This document shows, in pieces, positions 9,151 through 20,126 of a stretch of 64,000 bases of DNA. The notes under the pieces were generated by a model that had not been told where the DNA came from, did not search any database, and saw nothing but the letters and a program-made list of their open reading frames with translations. Where the stretch lies: contig JBAWFD010000048.1 of assembly GCA_049591615.1 (NCBI GenBank), positions 64,213-128,212 on the forward strand, given 5' to 3'. Made by a program: the position numbers and the translations under genes. How positions within the stretch are numbered: the stretch's first letter is position 1; the number at the start of each line of letters is the position of its first letter. The stretch is from Gammaproteobacteria bacterium. GTDB lineage: Bacteria > Pseudomonadota > Gammaproteobacteria > Natronospirales > REEB76.

Positions 9151-11475
9151 ATGAGTGAAAACCTAGTCATCGTTGAATCCCCCGCGAAGGCCAAAACCAT
9201 CAAGAAGTACCTCGGCAAGGGCTTCGAGGTGCTGGCCTCGTATGGCCACGTGCGCGACCTGGTGCCCAAGGAAGGTGCTGTGGACACGGACAATGAGTTC
9301 ACCATGAAATACGCGCTCATCGAGCGCAACGAAAAGCACGTGGACGCGATCGCTAAAGCCCTGAAGAAGGCTGGGGCCCTGTATCTGGCCACCGACCCGG
9401 ACCGGGAAGGCGAGGCCATCTCCTGGCATCTCTACGAGATCCTCAAGGGGCGCGGCGCCCTCAAGGACAAGGACGTACACCGGGTGGTGTTCCATGAGAT
9501 CACCCAGCGGGCTGTTAACGAGGCAGTGGCTAATCCTCGGCCTCTGTCCACGGAACTGGTGAACGCCCAGCAGGCGCGCCGTGCGCTGGATTACTTGGTG
9601 GGTTTCAACCTGTCGCCGTTACTGTGGAAGAAAATCCGCCGCGGCCTGTCCGCCGGCCGCGTACAGTCGCCGGCCCTACGTCTCATCTGTGAGCGCGAGG
9701 ATGAGATCGAGAAGTTCAAGACGGAGGAATACTGGAGTATCGCCGCCAATGCCGACAAGGACGGGCAGGGATTCAGCGCCCGTCTTTACCAGTACGCAGG
9801 CCAGAAGGCTGAACAGTTCACTTTCCGCGACGAGCAATCCACACGCGCCGCGGAAGCGGCCCTGCTCAATTCCGCCAACGGCAAACTCACGGTCGCTGCG
9901 GTCGACAAGAAGCAGCGCAAGCGCAATCCGGCAGCGCCTTTCACCACCTCCACTTTGCAGCAGGAAGCCTCACGCAAGCTGGGTTTCGGCGCGCAGCGCA
10001 CCATGCGCACCGCCCAGCAACTCTATGAAGGCATTGACCTGACCGGCGAGGGCGCGGTGGGCCTCATCAGCTACATGCGCACCGATTCGGTCAACCTGGC
10101 TGCAGAAGCCATCGCAGAAATACGCGAGGTCATCGCCAAACGCTATGGCCAGGATCACCTGCCGGAGGAACCGCGCGTCTATAAGACCAAATCCAAGAAT
10201 GCCCAGGAAGCCCATGAAGCCATCCGGCCGACTTCCGCGGCGCGCGCTCCGGAAGATATCCACGGCAAACTCACCGAGGAACAGCGCAAGCTCTACGAAC
10301 TCATCTGGAAACGCACCATCGCATGCCAGATGGAGCAAGCGGTGTTCGATACGGTCTCAGCGGATCTGGACGCAGGTCACGACAGCAGCTTCCGAGCCAC
10401 CGGTTCGGTATTGGTGGTGCCGGGTTTCATGGCCGTGTACCAGGAAGGACAGGATGACAGTGTCAGCGACGACGAGGAACGGCTGTTGCCGCCACTCGAG
10501 CAAGGCGAAGTTGTTACCCTCAAAGACATCCTGTGTGAGCAGCATTTCACCGAGCCGCCACCACGTTATACGGAAGCCAGCTTGGTGAAGGCCTTGGAAG
10601 AGTATGGCATCGGTCGGCCATCGACTTACGCCACCATCATTTCCACACTGCAGCAACGCGAATACGTGGAGATGGACCGCAAGCGTTTCAAACCCACGGA
10701 TGTGGGCCGCGTGGTGAGCAAATTCCTGACGGAACACTTCACCCAGTATGTGGACTATGACTTCACCGCCAAGATGGAAGACGAGCTGGATGCGGTCTCG
10801 CGCGGCGAGAAGGAATGGATCCCGGTAATGCATGAGTTCTGGGACCCGTTCAAGAAGCTCGTGGACCACAAGGAAGAAAATGTATCGCGCAAGGATGTGA
10901 CCACCGAGAAGATGGATGAGAAATGCCCGAAATGCGGCAAGCCGCTCTCCATCCGCCTGGGACGGCGTGGACGTTTCATCGGCTGCACCGGTTATCCGGA
11001 TTGCGATTACACCCGCAACCTGGATGAGACTGCGGAACAGGCAGCGCAGCCGGAGAAGATCGAAGGCCGGCAATGCCCACAATGCAATTCGGACCTCATC
11101 ATCCGTCGCGGCCGCTATGGCAAGTTCATCGGCTGTTCCGGCTATCCCAATTGCAAATACATCGAACCGCTGGAAAAACCGCAGGATATGGGGGTCGAGT
11201 GCCCCGAGTGCCACCAAGGCACCTTCCTCAAGCGCAAATCGCGCTATGGCAAGATCTTCTATTCCTGCTCGCGCTATCCGGATTGCAAATACGCGACCTG
11301 GAATCCGCCGCTGGCCCAGCCCTGCCCCAAGTGCGCCTGGCCAATCCTCACCATCAAAACCACCAAGCGTAAGGGCACCGAGCGCGTCTGTCCGCGCAAG
11401 GAATGCGGTTTCGCCGAGCCCGCACCGGAGCTGGCACCACCGCCACAGGAGCCGGAAGCCGCGGTGGCGAACTGA
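9151..11475 (+). CDS. topA: DNA topoisomerase I
   Basis: 774 aa. Toprim start LVIVESPAKAKTIKKYLG, active-site Tyr region GLISYMRTDS, and four C-terminal CxxC...CxxC zinc-ribbon repeats. Confidence 0.97.
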   Translation: MSENLVIVESPAKAKTIKKYLGKGFEVLASYGHVRDLVPKEGAVDTDNEFTMKYALIERNEKHVDAIAKALKKAGALYLATDPDREGEAISWHLYEILKGRGALKDKDVHRVVFHEITQRAVNEAVANPRPLSTELVNAQQARRALDYLVGFNLSPLLWKKIRRGLSAGRVQSPALRLICEREDEIEKFKTEEYWSIAANADKDGQGFSARLYQYAGQKAEQFTFRDEQSTRAAEAALLNSANGKLTVAAVDKKQRKRNPAAPFTTSTLQQEASRKLGFGAQRTMRTAQQLYEGIDLTGEGAVGLISYMRTDSVNLAAEAIAEIREVIAKRYGQDHLPEEPRVYKTKSKNAQEAHEAIRPTSAARAPEDIHGKLTEEQRKLYELIWKRTIACQMEQAVFDTVSADLDAGHDSSFRATGSVLVVPGFMAVYQEGQDDSVSDDEERLLPPLEQGEVVTLKDILCEQHFTEPPPRYTEASLVKALEEYGIGRPSTYATIISTLQQREYVEMDRKRFKPTDVGRVVSKFLTEHFTQYVDYDFTAKMEDELDAVSRGEKEWIPVMHEFWDPFKKLVDHKEENVSRKDVTTEKMDEKCPKCGKPLSIRLGRRGRFIGCTGYPDCDYTRNLDETAEQAAQPEKIEGRQCPQCNSDLIIRRGRYGKFIGCSGYPNCKYIEPLEKPQDMGVECPECHQGTFLKRKSRYGKIFYSCSRYPDCKYATWNPPLAQPCPKCAWPILTIKTTKRKGTERVCPRKECGFAEPAPELAPPPQEPEAAVAN

Positions 11476-11484
11476 GCCACGCGC

Positions 11485-12045
11485 ATGAGTGCGTTTCGCT
11501 GGCCGATGCGAGCTGCCCGTCAAACGGTATGGAGTGGCGGCGTCATCGCGTATCCAACCGAAGCAGTATTCGGCCTGGGCTGTGATCCGTTGAACGCGAC
11601 CGCGGTCGCGAAATTGCTGGCCATCAAACAGCGCGACGGCGCCAAAGGTTTTATCCTGATCGCCGCCGACATCACCCAACTTGAGCCGTACATCGATGTG
11701 TCCGACAAGTTGCGCGATCAGCTGCTAGAGACTTGGCCTGGACCCATTACCTGGGTAGTACCCGCCGCACTGGGTGTTCCAGACTGGCTCACCGGCGGCC
11801 GTGCCACCCTGGCAGTGCGTATCACTGCCCATCCGGTAGCACAGGCTTTGTGTCAAGCGACCGGATTGGCACTGACTTCCACCAGCGCCAATTTGAGCAG
11901 CCACCCGCCATTACGTTCGTCCCTGGCAGTGCGCCGCCTGCTGAGAAACAAGCTGGATTACATCGTGCCCGGCAACGTGGGTTCGCATCGCAGACCTACT
12001 GAGATCCGCGATGCGCTCAGCGGCAAGATATTGCGCGCTAGTTAG
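11485..12045 (+). CDS. tsaC: L-threonylcarbamoyladenylate synthase type 1 (YrdC/TsaC)
   Basis: 186 aa. YPTEAVFGLGCDP and SANLSS motifs of the YrdC/Sua5 domain. Confidence 0.85.
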   Translation: MSAFRWPMRAARQTVWSGGVIAYPTEAVFGLGCDPLNATAVAKLLAIKQRDGAKGFILIAADITQLEPYIDVSDKLRDQLLETWPGPITWVVPAALGVPDWLTGGRATLAVRITAHPVAQALCQATGLALTSTSANLSSHPPLRSSLAVRRLLRNKLDYIVPGNVGSHRRPTEIRDALSGKILRAS

Positions 12046-12048
12046 CGC

Positions 12049-12957
12049 ATGCAGGACATCGATATCCAGAGCGTCGAGACCTTTCTGCATGCTTTGCAGG
12101 ACCGAATAACTGTGGCCGTGGAAAAGCTGGACGGTACGCAGCGATTCAAGCGCGATACATGGGCACGCTCCGAAGGTGGAGGCGGCGAAACACGGGTGCT
12201 GTGGCATGGCAAGCTATTCGAGCAGGCAGGCATCAATTTCTCCCACGTGCATGGCAAGACTCTGCCACCCTCTGCCACTGCCCACAGGCCGGAACTGGTG
12301 GGACGCAACTGGCAGGCTTTAGGCGTGTCGTTGGTGCTACACCCCTGGAATCCATATATACCCTCCACCCACATGAACGTGCGCTTTTTCGCCGCGCCGA
12401 AACAAGACGAGAACAGCATCTGGTGGTTCGGCGGAGGTTTCGATCTCACTCCATATTACGGTTTCGAAGACGACGCGCGCCACTGGCACCACACCGCCAA
12501 AGCTGCCTGTGAGCCCTTCGGCACGGACGTCTATCTACGTTTCAAGCGTTGGTGCGATGAATATTTCTTCATCCGTCATCGCAACGAACCACGCGGCATC
12601 GGCGGTCTGTTCTTTGACGATCTGAACCAATGGGGTTTTGAATGTTGTTTTGATTTTGTGCGCAGTGTCGGCGAACATTTCCTGCCGGCCTATATGCCCA
12701 TCGTTGAGAAACGTCGCGCCACCGCTTATGGAGATCGCCAGCGTCAGTTCCAGCTCTACCGGCGCGGCCGCTACGTGGAGTTCAACCTGGTGTATGACCG
12801 CGGCACTCTGTTCGGCCTGCAATCCGGCGGCCGTACAGAATCCATCCTCATGTCGCTGCCGCCGGAAGTACGTTGGGAATACGATTTCAAACCGGACAAG
12901 CATTCACCGGAAGCGGAACTCTATGAGAAATTTCTCAAACCCAGAGACTGGATTTGA
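12049..12957 (+). CDS. hemF: Oxygen-dependent coproporphyrinogen-III oxidase
   Basis: 302 aa. GGGGETRVL...[13 protein letters not shown]...[14 protein letters not shown]...[13 protein letters not shown] are diagnostic HemF blocks. Confidence 0.93.
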   Translation: MQDIDIQSVETFLHALQDRITVAVEKLDGTQRFKRDTWARSEGGGGETRVLWHGKLFEQAGINFSHVHGKTLPPSATAHRPELVGRNWQALGVSLVLHPWNPYIPSTHMNVRFFAAPKQDENSIWWFGGGFDLTPYYGFEDDARHWHHTAKAACEPFGTDVYLRFKRWCDEYFFIRHRNEPRGIGGLFFDDLNQWGFECCFDFVRSVGEHFLPAYMPIVEKRRATAYGDRQRQFQLYRRGRYVEFNLVYDRGTLFGLQSGGRTESILMSLPPEVRWEYDFKPDKHSPEAELYEKFLKPRDWI

Positions 12958-12975
12958 GAAAGTGAGGGATGTGAA

Positions 12976-13410
12976 GTGAGAAGTAAAAAATCAGAATTGC
13001 CGCTGTTTCATTTGGCATTTCCAGTACACGATCTGGAAGCTGCACGGCGCTTCTATGCGGGGTTCCTGGGTTGCCCTACCGGCCGTGAATCAGATCGCTG
13101 GATCGACTTCGATTTCTTCGGCCACCAGATCGTTGTTCACCTCGCACCAGCGGAACACACCATCACCACCAATCCAGTGGATGGCGAAGATGTACCGGTA
13201 CGCCATTTCGGCGTGATTCTCGAATGGAATCAATGGCATACGCTCGCTGATAAATTGAAGAAAGCGCGTGTGAATTTCGTCATCGAACCCGGCATCCGCT
13301 TCAAGGGTCAGGTGGGAGAGCAGGCGACAATGTTCCTCAAGGATCCCAGCGGCAATGCACTTGAGTTCAAGTCCTTCCGAGATACTTCACAGATTTTTGC
13401 AAAGAGATAA
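12976..13410 (+). CDS. VOC (glyoxalase/bleomycin-resistance/dioxygenase) family protein
   Basis: 144 aa, GTG start. FHLAFPVHDLEAARRFYAGFLG and FLKDPSGNALEFK are typical VOC beta-alpha-beta-beta-beta module ends. Confidence 0.7.
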   Translation: MRSKKSELPLFHLAFPVHDLEAARRFYAGFLGCPTGRESDRWIDFDFFGHQIVVHLAPAEHTITTNPVDGEDVPVRHFGVILEWNQWHTLADKLKKARVNFVIEPGIRFKGQVGEQATMFLKDPSGNALEFKSFRDTSQIFAKR

Positions 13411-13461
13411 AAGTGTTGGCTGCTGGTATCAGCTGATAGCCGCAACTTCAGACTGTAAAAC

Positions 13462-13830
13462 TCATACTCCGCTCTGGCCTGCGATCACGCCGATAATCAC
13501 CAGTGCCAACACCAACACACCGATCCCCACGTACAGCCAGTCGCGCACCCGGGCACTCACGTAGATGCCGGCCACCAGCCGCGCCATAGGCGTGAGCAGT
13601 AGCACGATAATTGCAGCATCCAAAAATGCGCCGGCGTGTAAACCGATGCTGCCTTGAATTGAAGCATGAATCATCTCGCGTAACGAGCCGCTGGGCGTCG
13701 CCAGGATATGCGTGCTGCCGTGCACGAAGAAAATCGCAAGACCCACAGCGATGAGCAGCGCGCACAGGGCGATGCTGACGCGCAATATCCAGATATTCAG
13801 CAGCCGGCGTTCGCGCACGATCTCGTTCAT
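13462..13830 (-). CDS. DUF1634-like small membrane protein (TauE partner)
   Basis: 122 aa from MNEIVRERRLLNIWILRVSIALCALLIAVG, with 3-4 TM helices. ATGA overlap with the TauE stop at 13827-13830. The tracked 250-aa ORF is an upstream over-extension into tauE. Confidence 0.7.
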   Translation of the reverse strand: MNEIVRERRLLNIWILRVSIALCALLIAVGLAIFFVHGSTHILATPSGSLREMIHASIQGSIGLHAGAFLDAAIIVLLLTPMARLVAGIYVSARVRDWLYVGIGVLVLALVIIGVIAGQSGV

Positions 13831-14663
13831 AGATTCACCAGCCCTTTCAGCAGCATCTGCAGGGCCACCAACAGCAGCACCGCGGCGAACAGTTTGCGCA
13901 GGGTCGCCACAGGTAATACCCGTACCAGATATCCACCGGCGTAGGCGCCGACTATGACACCCAGGATGATGGCACCGCCGATCACCGGCGGGATATCCCC
14001 ATGGGAGAGATAAAAGCCAGCGCTGGTGGCAGCGGTGATGCCAATCATGAAATTGGAGGTGGCGGTGGAAACCCGGAACGGCAGTTTCATAATGCGATCC
14101 ATGGCCAGCACCTTGAAGGCCCCGGAGCCGATACCTAACAACGCCGACAGGAAACCGGCACCGATCATGATCCCGAAGCCCGGCATGACGCCCACTACCT
14201 GGTATTCCTTCCAATGGCCGGCTTGCTGATAACGGCTGGCGAGCCGCAGTCGTTGCGCCAGGGGTGAGCTTTCCGCCGCGCCCGCCACGTCACTATGCTT
14301 GGGCATGAACGACATGAGCGCAGAATACCCCAGCACAATGCCGAACAGAGCGAATAAAAGACGTGCCGGCAAATGATGCGCTACCAGTGCGCCGATCAGC
14401 GCGCCGCTTGAGGCCGCAATCTGCAGAAACAGTGCGGCGCGAACGTTGCTTAGGCCGGTACCCACAAAGCGCGGGGCGGCACCGGTGGAGGTGGCGATGA
14501 CACCGAACAGACTGATGCCGACGGCCTCGGGTATCGGTAAATGGTATGCCAATGTCAGCAACGGCACGATGATCATGCCGCCGCCGAGCCCGGTGAGCGA
14601 TCCGACCAATCCGGCTGCGACGCCACCGAAAAGTATGACCATCACCATCAGGGAGGCAGACAT
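13827..14663 (-). CDS. TauE/SafE family sulfite/anion exporter
   Basis: 278 aa polytopic membrane protein with repeated GxGGG(M/A)IxVP-type motifs (GLGGGMIIVPLL, LLGIGSGAFKVL). Confidence 0.8.
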   Translation of the reverse strand: MSASLMVMVILFGGVAAGLVGSLTGLGGGMIIVPLLTLAYHLPIPEAVGISLFGVIATSTGAAPRFVGTGLSNVRAALFLQIAASSGALIGALVAHHLPARLLFALFGIVLGYSALMSFMPKHSDVAGAAESSPLAQRLRLASRYQQAGHWKEYQVVGVMPGFGIMIGAGFLSALLGIGSGAFKVLAMDRIMKLPFRVSTATSNFMIGITAATSAGFYLSHGDIPPVIGGAIILGVIVGAYAGGYLVRVLPVATLRKLFAAVLLLVALQMLLKGLVNL

Positions 14664-14739
14664 GGGTGGCGCGTGTTCCAGTCAGGTATGTGCTTGGAGA
14701 GCTGCGGATTATACAACGGGGATGTACAGCATCTATGTT

Positions 14740-15327
14740 TTAGTGGCAGGCGCGATGACGGAAACAACTCACCACATGGTCGTTGACCAGTCCGGTGGCC
14801 TGCATAAAAGCGTAACAGATGGTACCGCCGACAAATTTGAAGCCGCGCTGCTTGAGATCCTTACTCATGGCGTCGGAGATCGCAGTGCGTGCCGGTATTT
14901 GCCGCAAGCTGCCTCGATGGTTGCAGATAGGTTTGCCGCCGACAAATCTCCAGATATAAGCATCGAAACTGCCGAATTCCTTTTGCACGGCCAGGAATAT
15001 CTGTGCATTGATGATCGCTGAATTGATCTTGAGCCGGTTGCGTACGATGCCCGGGTCTTTCAAAAGCCGCGCCGCATCGCGTGCCGTGAAACGTGCAACT
15101 TTCTTTGGATCGAATCCCGCAAAGAGTTTTCGATAGTTCTCGCGCTTGTGCAAAATTGTGGCCCAGGAGAGCCCTGCCTGGGCGCCTTCGAGTATGAGGA
15201 ATTCGAACCAGCGTCGTTCATCATGCACCGGTACGCCCCATTCCCGGTCATGGTAGTCGCGATACAATAGGTCACTTTCCAACGGCGACCAAGCACAACG
15301 CCTGACTGGTGTGATTTTGCGAGTCAT
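14740..15327 (-). CDS. tag: DNA-3-methyladenine glycosylase I
   Basis: 195 aa. RCAWSPLESDLLYRDYHDREWGVPVHDERRWFEFLILEGAQAGLSW is the Tag signature, including zinc-snap Cys/His. Confidence 0.9.
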   Translation of the reverse strand: MTRKITPVRRCAWSPLESDLLYRDYHDREWGVPVHDERRWFEFLILEGAQAGLSWATILHKRENYRKLFAGFDPKKVARFTARDAARLLKDPGIVRNRLKINSAIINAQIFLAVQKEFGSFDAYIWRFVGGKPICNHRGSLRQIPARTAISDAMSKDLKQRGFKFVGGTICYAFMQATGLVNDHVVSCFRHRACH

Positions 15328-15812
15328 GCAGCGAACTCAGGCGGCCTGTCGCCCGCTTGCGCAGTTCTATACCAGCGCTCGAACTCCGCGGCACGTATAT
15401 GACCTTCCGGGGGCGCCCAGCGTGCGTAGTCCTGTTCGGGCGTGGGCAGGTAAGGGCCGTGCTTCACTTCCAACACAACGGTGGAAGGCGCGAGTGTGGC
15501 TACCGAATGCCAGGTACCCGCAGAGTTTTCCAGTCCATAAGTATCTCCGCTTGTTGACAGCTGGGCGCGGGTCAACACCGTACCTGACTCATCAAAACTC
15601 AACACCAACATCTCACCGCTGATGATCAGCAACAGTTCCCATTTGTCCGGGTGACGGTGCGGGCGTATGTAGGTACCGGGCTCCATGGCCATGCACATGC
15701 GCTGGATGGTCTCATCGTGGAAGGTGTGTAGATTGTAATGAGTCCGTAGCCGTGGCGACACAAGTGCTGCCGTATGCAGGCTGGTAACAAGATTGCGGTC
15801 GATAAGTTTCAT
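15324..15812 (-). CDS. Cupin-fold metalloprotein (WbuC-like)
   Basis: About 162 aa from MKLIDRN. Cupin His cluster YIRPHRHPDKWELLLIISGE and ...TWHSV. 4-nt overlap with the tag start. Confidence 0.6.
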   Translation of the reverse strand: MKLIDRNLVTSLHTAALVSPRLRTHYNLHTFHDETIQRMCMAMEPGTYIRPHRHPDKWELLLIISGEMLVLSFDESGTVLTRAQLSTSGDTYGLENSAGTWHSVATLAPSTVVLEVKHGPYLPTPEQDYARWAPPEGHIRAAEFERWYRTAQAGDRPPEFAA

Positions 15813-15930
15813 GCGGTGCAAACAACAATTAGCGTGGGTGGATCATTATAGATGTCAGCCCGCCTTACGACAGTAAACGCCCCAGTAAATGCGGCTGCGG
15901 ACGAAAACTGCCACGCTCGGCTACGGCTTT

Positions 15931-16647
15931 TCAGGTAGTCCACTGCACCATGGACATGATGTGTTGTTCCATACCATCCATGGGCATGCTGGCGCTGGCG
16001 ACGATGGCGATACTGCCAATGCCCATAGGATCAATCATGCAATGGAATCCCTGCATGTCCATCTGCATGCGTTTGTCCACATGAATATGTGGCAGAAGTA
16101 GCAGCGTGACAGAGCCGTGCGGCGTCATCATCACCAGATGTGCGCCCATCTGACCGTGCATATAAAAAGTATCCGCGTAGGTAATCGGCCCCATGTGGCC
16201 CTGCAATTTCGCGCCCACACGTTCCAGAACAGCACTCACATCGGCATCGTTAACGGGCGTGGTGCTAGCCAGCAGCGCCTGGGATTTCTGCATGACGTGC
16301 TGCACTACTACCTCCGCAAGCAGCGTATTGCTCTCACGGACGTTCATCCGCCATGCGCCAATTCCAAGGCCGATAGCAAGCATCACCGCCGCCGCCGCGG
16401 CAAGCCACGAGTAAGTACGTCGGCGCTTTGGCCGGAAAGCGGTGCGGAACACAATGCGCGCCTCTAACTCTTCGGGCACTTCCACTGCCAGCGCACGTGA
16501 CAAACGCGCATCCAGGCCGAGCATTTCCTTCATAAAAGCGGCGCAAGCAACACAGACTCTGCAGTGCTCTAGCAGTCCCAGATCGCGGCGCTGAGGTTCA
16601 GCGCCCAGGATGCGGCGCACCTCGAGGCAGTTGATGCTGGTATTCAT
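15931..16647 (-). CDS. Membrane anti-sigma factor (ZAS motif N-terminus, DUF3379-like) with Met/His-rich periplasmic domain
   Basis: 238 aa. MNTSINCLEVRRILGAEP...LEHCRVCVAC carries H-x3-C-x2-C. One TM helix (YSWLAAAAAVMLAIGLGIGAW). ATGA overlap with the sigma factor stop. The last 91 aa contain 15 Met and 8 His. Confidence 0.7.
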   Translation of the reverse strand: MNTSINCLEVRRILGAEPQRRDLGLLEHCRVCVACAAFMKEMLGLDARLSRALAVEVPEELEARIVFRTAFRPKRRRTYSWLAAAAAVMLAIGLGIGAWRMNVRESNTLLAEVVVQHVMQKSQALLASTTPVNDADVSAVLERVGAKLQGHMGPITYADTFYMHGQMGAHLVMMTPHGSVTLLLLPHIHVDKRMQMDMQGFHCMIDPMGIGSIAIVASASMPMDGMEQHIMSMVQWTT

Positions 16648-17156
16648 GCGGTCTCTTCTCCCAAGCGCCCGGCACTTCCGCCCAGCAGCTCGCGTAACTG
16701 ATTGCGCGCACGGAACAAACGCGTCAAGACCGCTGCTTGGCTAAGCTCAAGTTGTTCAGCGATCTCCTCGGTCGTGCATCCCATGAGCACCTGCAATACC
16801 AACGGCTCGCGATATTCCGGTGCCAGTTTCTGCATGGCGCGGCGCACGTCGTGCATATCGGTATCCTCACCACCCAGGCTGGCGCGGGTATCCACCAGCG
16901 CCAGCCCGTCGATATTCACCGTGTTCTTGCGCTTGGACAGCTCGCGAGCGAACTCCCGCCGCAGTATGGTAATCAGCCACTGGCGCGTGGCGGCCTCATC
17001 GCGCAACTGGTCCAGGGAACGCCAGGCACGTAGCAGGGTTTCCTGCACCAGATCCTCGGCCAGGGCCCTTTCGCGCGCCAGCCAGTAGGCGTAGCGGTAC
17101 AGGCTTGGCACCAAGGCGCGAGCCAGAATCTCGAAGCGGTGCTGACGTACCGGCAT
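16644..17156 (-). CDS. ECF (sigma-70 family group 4) RNA polymerase sigma factor
   Basis: 170 aa. Region 2 (ALAEDLVQETLLRAWRSLDQ, WLITILRREF) and region 4 HTH (TEEIAEQLELSQAAVLTRLFRARNQL). Confidence 0.85.
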   Translation of the reverse strand: MPVRQHRFEILARALVPSLYRYAYWLARERALAEDLVQETLLRAWRSLDQLRDEAATRQWLITILRREFARELSKRKNTVNIDGLALVDTRASLGGEDTDMHDVRRAMQKLAPEYREPLVLQVLMGCTTEEIAEQLELSQAAVLTRLFRARNQLRELLGGSAGRLGEETA

Positions 17157-17302
17157 GTAGCACAGACCCGGGTTAAAGGGGTTTTATTACCGTCCCGCCA
17201 GTTCTGCGGGCAGAGGTGAAGGGTACCAGTATAATCAAGGGTCTGTTATTAGGCCGCCACACCTCAAGCAGTCTTGCTAGGAATCAGGCGGCCGGGTGTT
17301 AA

Positions 17303-18352
<1,050 letters not shown>

Positions 18353-18433
18353 GCAACAACTAGAACGGATGCCGGAATCGATACAAGCTGCCGCAGTCCA
18401 AACAGCTGTCGCTCAACCGCCCAGGAAATTTCC

Positions 18434-19255
18434 ATGCCACAGGCCGCCGCACGCTATGCCATCATCGGTCATCCGGTAGCCCACAGCCGTTCGCCGGAGA
18501 TCCACGCGGAATTCGCGCGCCTCACCGCCCAATCGATGCAGTACATACGTGTCGATGCGGCCCCCTGGGGGTTCACCGCGGCGCTCAGGGAATTCCTGGG
18601 CTCCGGTGGTGTGGGAGTGAACGTCACCTTGCCATTCAAGGAGGAAGCCTTCGGTCTGTGTCACGTGCATACGCACAGGGCGAAGAAGACACGCGCCATC
18701 AATACAATCTCAGTAGGTGACGATGGCAAACTCATGGGTGATAACACCGATGGCGTCGGTCTGGTGAATGATCTGAAGCACAACCACCAAGTAGTGCTGA
18801 AAAACGCCCGCATCCTGTTGTTAGGTGCGGGGGGTGCGGCGCGTGGTGTGCTGCCGGCGTTGTTGACCGAGAAGCCCGCATTCGTGCATATCGCTAACCG
18901 CACGCCGGAACGCGCTATTAAACTAGCGAACCAACACAAGGCTGGCCGCGTCAGCGGCAGCGGCTTCGACAGCCTGCGCCGGCAGAGCTTCGATGTAGTC
19001 ATCAATGCCACGGCCGCGAGTCTTGCGGGGGAACTGCCGCGATTGCCACATGACTGCCTGAACCCCGGCGCTGCGTGTTACGACCTGGCCTACAGTGAGC
19101 GCCCCACGGTATTTATGCACTGGGCAGTGCAGGAAGGCGCGGCGCTGGTGCTGGATGGCTGGGGAATGCTAGTGGAACAAGCAGCGGAATCGTTCTATGT
19201 GTGGCGTGGCATACGCCCGCCCACAGCGACTCTGCTCGCCATCCATCTGCCTTAG
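18434..19255 (+). CDS. aroE: Shikimate dehydrogenase
   Basis: 273 aa. YAIIGHPVAHSRSPEIH, NVTLPFKEEAF, NTDGVG, LLGAGGAARGV. Confidence 0.9.
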   Translation: MPQAAARYAIIGHPVAHSRSPEIHAEFARLTAQSMQYIRVDAAPWGFTAALREFLGSGGVGVNVTLPFKEEAFGLCHVHTHRAKKTRAINTISVGDDGKLMGDNTDGVGLVNDLKHNHQVVLKNARILLLGAGGAARGVLPALLTEKPAFVHIANRTPERAIKLANQHKAGRVSGSGFDSLRRQSFDVVINATAASLAGELPRLPHDCLNPGAACYDLAYSERPTVFMHWAVQEGAALVLDGWGMLVEQAAESFYVWRGIRPPTATLLAIHLP

Positions 19256-20048
19256 ACCTGAGCATGGGGAGATCCAGTCTCATCATCGCAATCGCAGCCG
19301 CCGCACTTACCGTGAGCGTCTGGGCTTGGTTCAACCAGCCGGCACATGAACCCCCCTGGCCAGCAATCATCCAGGGGGTTGCATTCTCACCGTACCGTGC
19401 CGACCAGGACGCGGTCACGCATAAGTTACCAACGGATACGGAAATTGCTGCCGATCTTAAACTACTCGCCGGCAAGACCTACGCGGTACGCACCTATTCG
19501 GTTGAAGGCACGCTGGCGGACATCCCGGCTTTGGCGCGCAAATATCACATCAACGTGGCCCTGGGTGCCTGGATAGACAAGGATCAGAAGATGGATGCAA
19601 CTTATGTCGCTCGCGCCATCGCAATCGCCAAGACCAATCCCAATGTAGTACGCGTCATTATTGGCAACGAAGCGGTGCTGCGCGGTGATGTTTCCAGCGA
19701 GGAATTGATTCCCTACCTGGATGAAGCGCGTGCTGAAATTCAGCAGCCGGTAAGCACCGCCGAACCCTGGTACACCTGGATCCAGCATCCGGAACTGGTG
19801 GCGCACGTGGATTACATCGCAGTACACATGCTGCCCTATTGGGAAGGCGTGGGCGTGAATGAGGCCGTGCCCTATATCGCCGCACGTATGCGTGATCTGG
19901 AAAAAACCTTTCCACACAAACCCATCGTGATCGCGGAAGTAGGTTGGCCCAGCGATGGGCGTTCGCGACATGCAGCCTTGGCCTCGACCTCGAATGAGGC
20001 CACATTTCTACGACGTTTTCTGGCCTATGCCGCGGCCCAACATTGGAC

Positions 20049-20051
20049 TTA
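20049..20051. repeat. Target-site duplication (left copy, TTA)
   Basis: TTA lies immediately outside IRL. An identical TTA lies immediately outside IRR (21313-21315). Confidence 0.8.
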
Positions 20052-20079
20052 TGAAGTGGACCCCAAAAACTGGACAGTA
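20052..20079 (+). repeat. IS left inverted repeat (IRL)
   Basis: TGAAGTGGACCCCAAAAACTGGACAGTA. It matches the reverse complement of 21285-21312 (TGCGGTGGACCCCGGTGGTTGGACAGTG) at 19 of 28 positions, including the TG, GTGGACCCC and TGGACAGT blocks. Confidence 0.85.
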
Positions 20080-20126
20080 GCTTAAGTGGATTAGCGGCTC
20101 TACCCTGATAGCTTGGAGGTAGAGAC

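Noticed and set aside
10357-11679. 440-aa ORF antisense to topA. Similar long shadow ORFs occur at 143-1042, 19658-20716, 25962-27161, 50526-51254, 51612-52139 and 52397-53101.
   Set aside because: All are antisense or out of frame to genes with strong motif support. They are Arg/Gly/Pro/His-rich with no recognisable domains or RBS, the typical stop-poor shadow frames of GC-rich DNA. One even crosses the IS boundary.
13831-14214. Upstream 128-codon extension of the DUF1634 ORF (tracked as 13462-14214).
   Set aside because: The extension lies entirely inside tauE in another frame and is Arg/His/Gly-rich. An internal ATG at 13830 gives an ATGA coupling and a sensible membrane protein.
17230-17235. 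Perfect TATAAT about 100 nt upstream of hemB, as its promoter -10.
   Set aside because: No acceptable -35 hexamer at 16-18 nt spacing (best CGGGCA/TGCGGG). An isolated TATAAT in a 180-nt spacer is not sufficient evidence.
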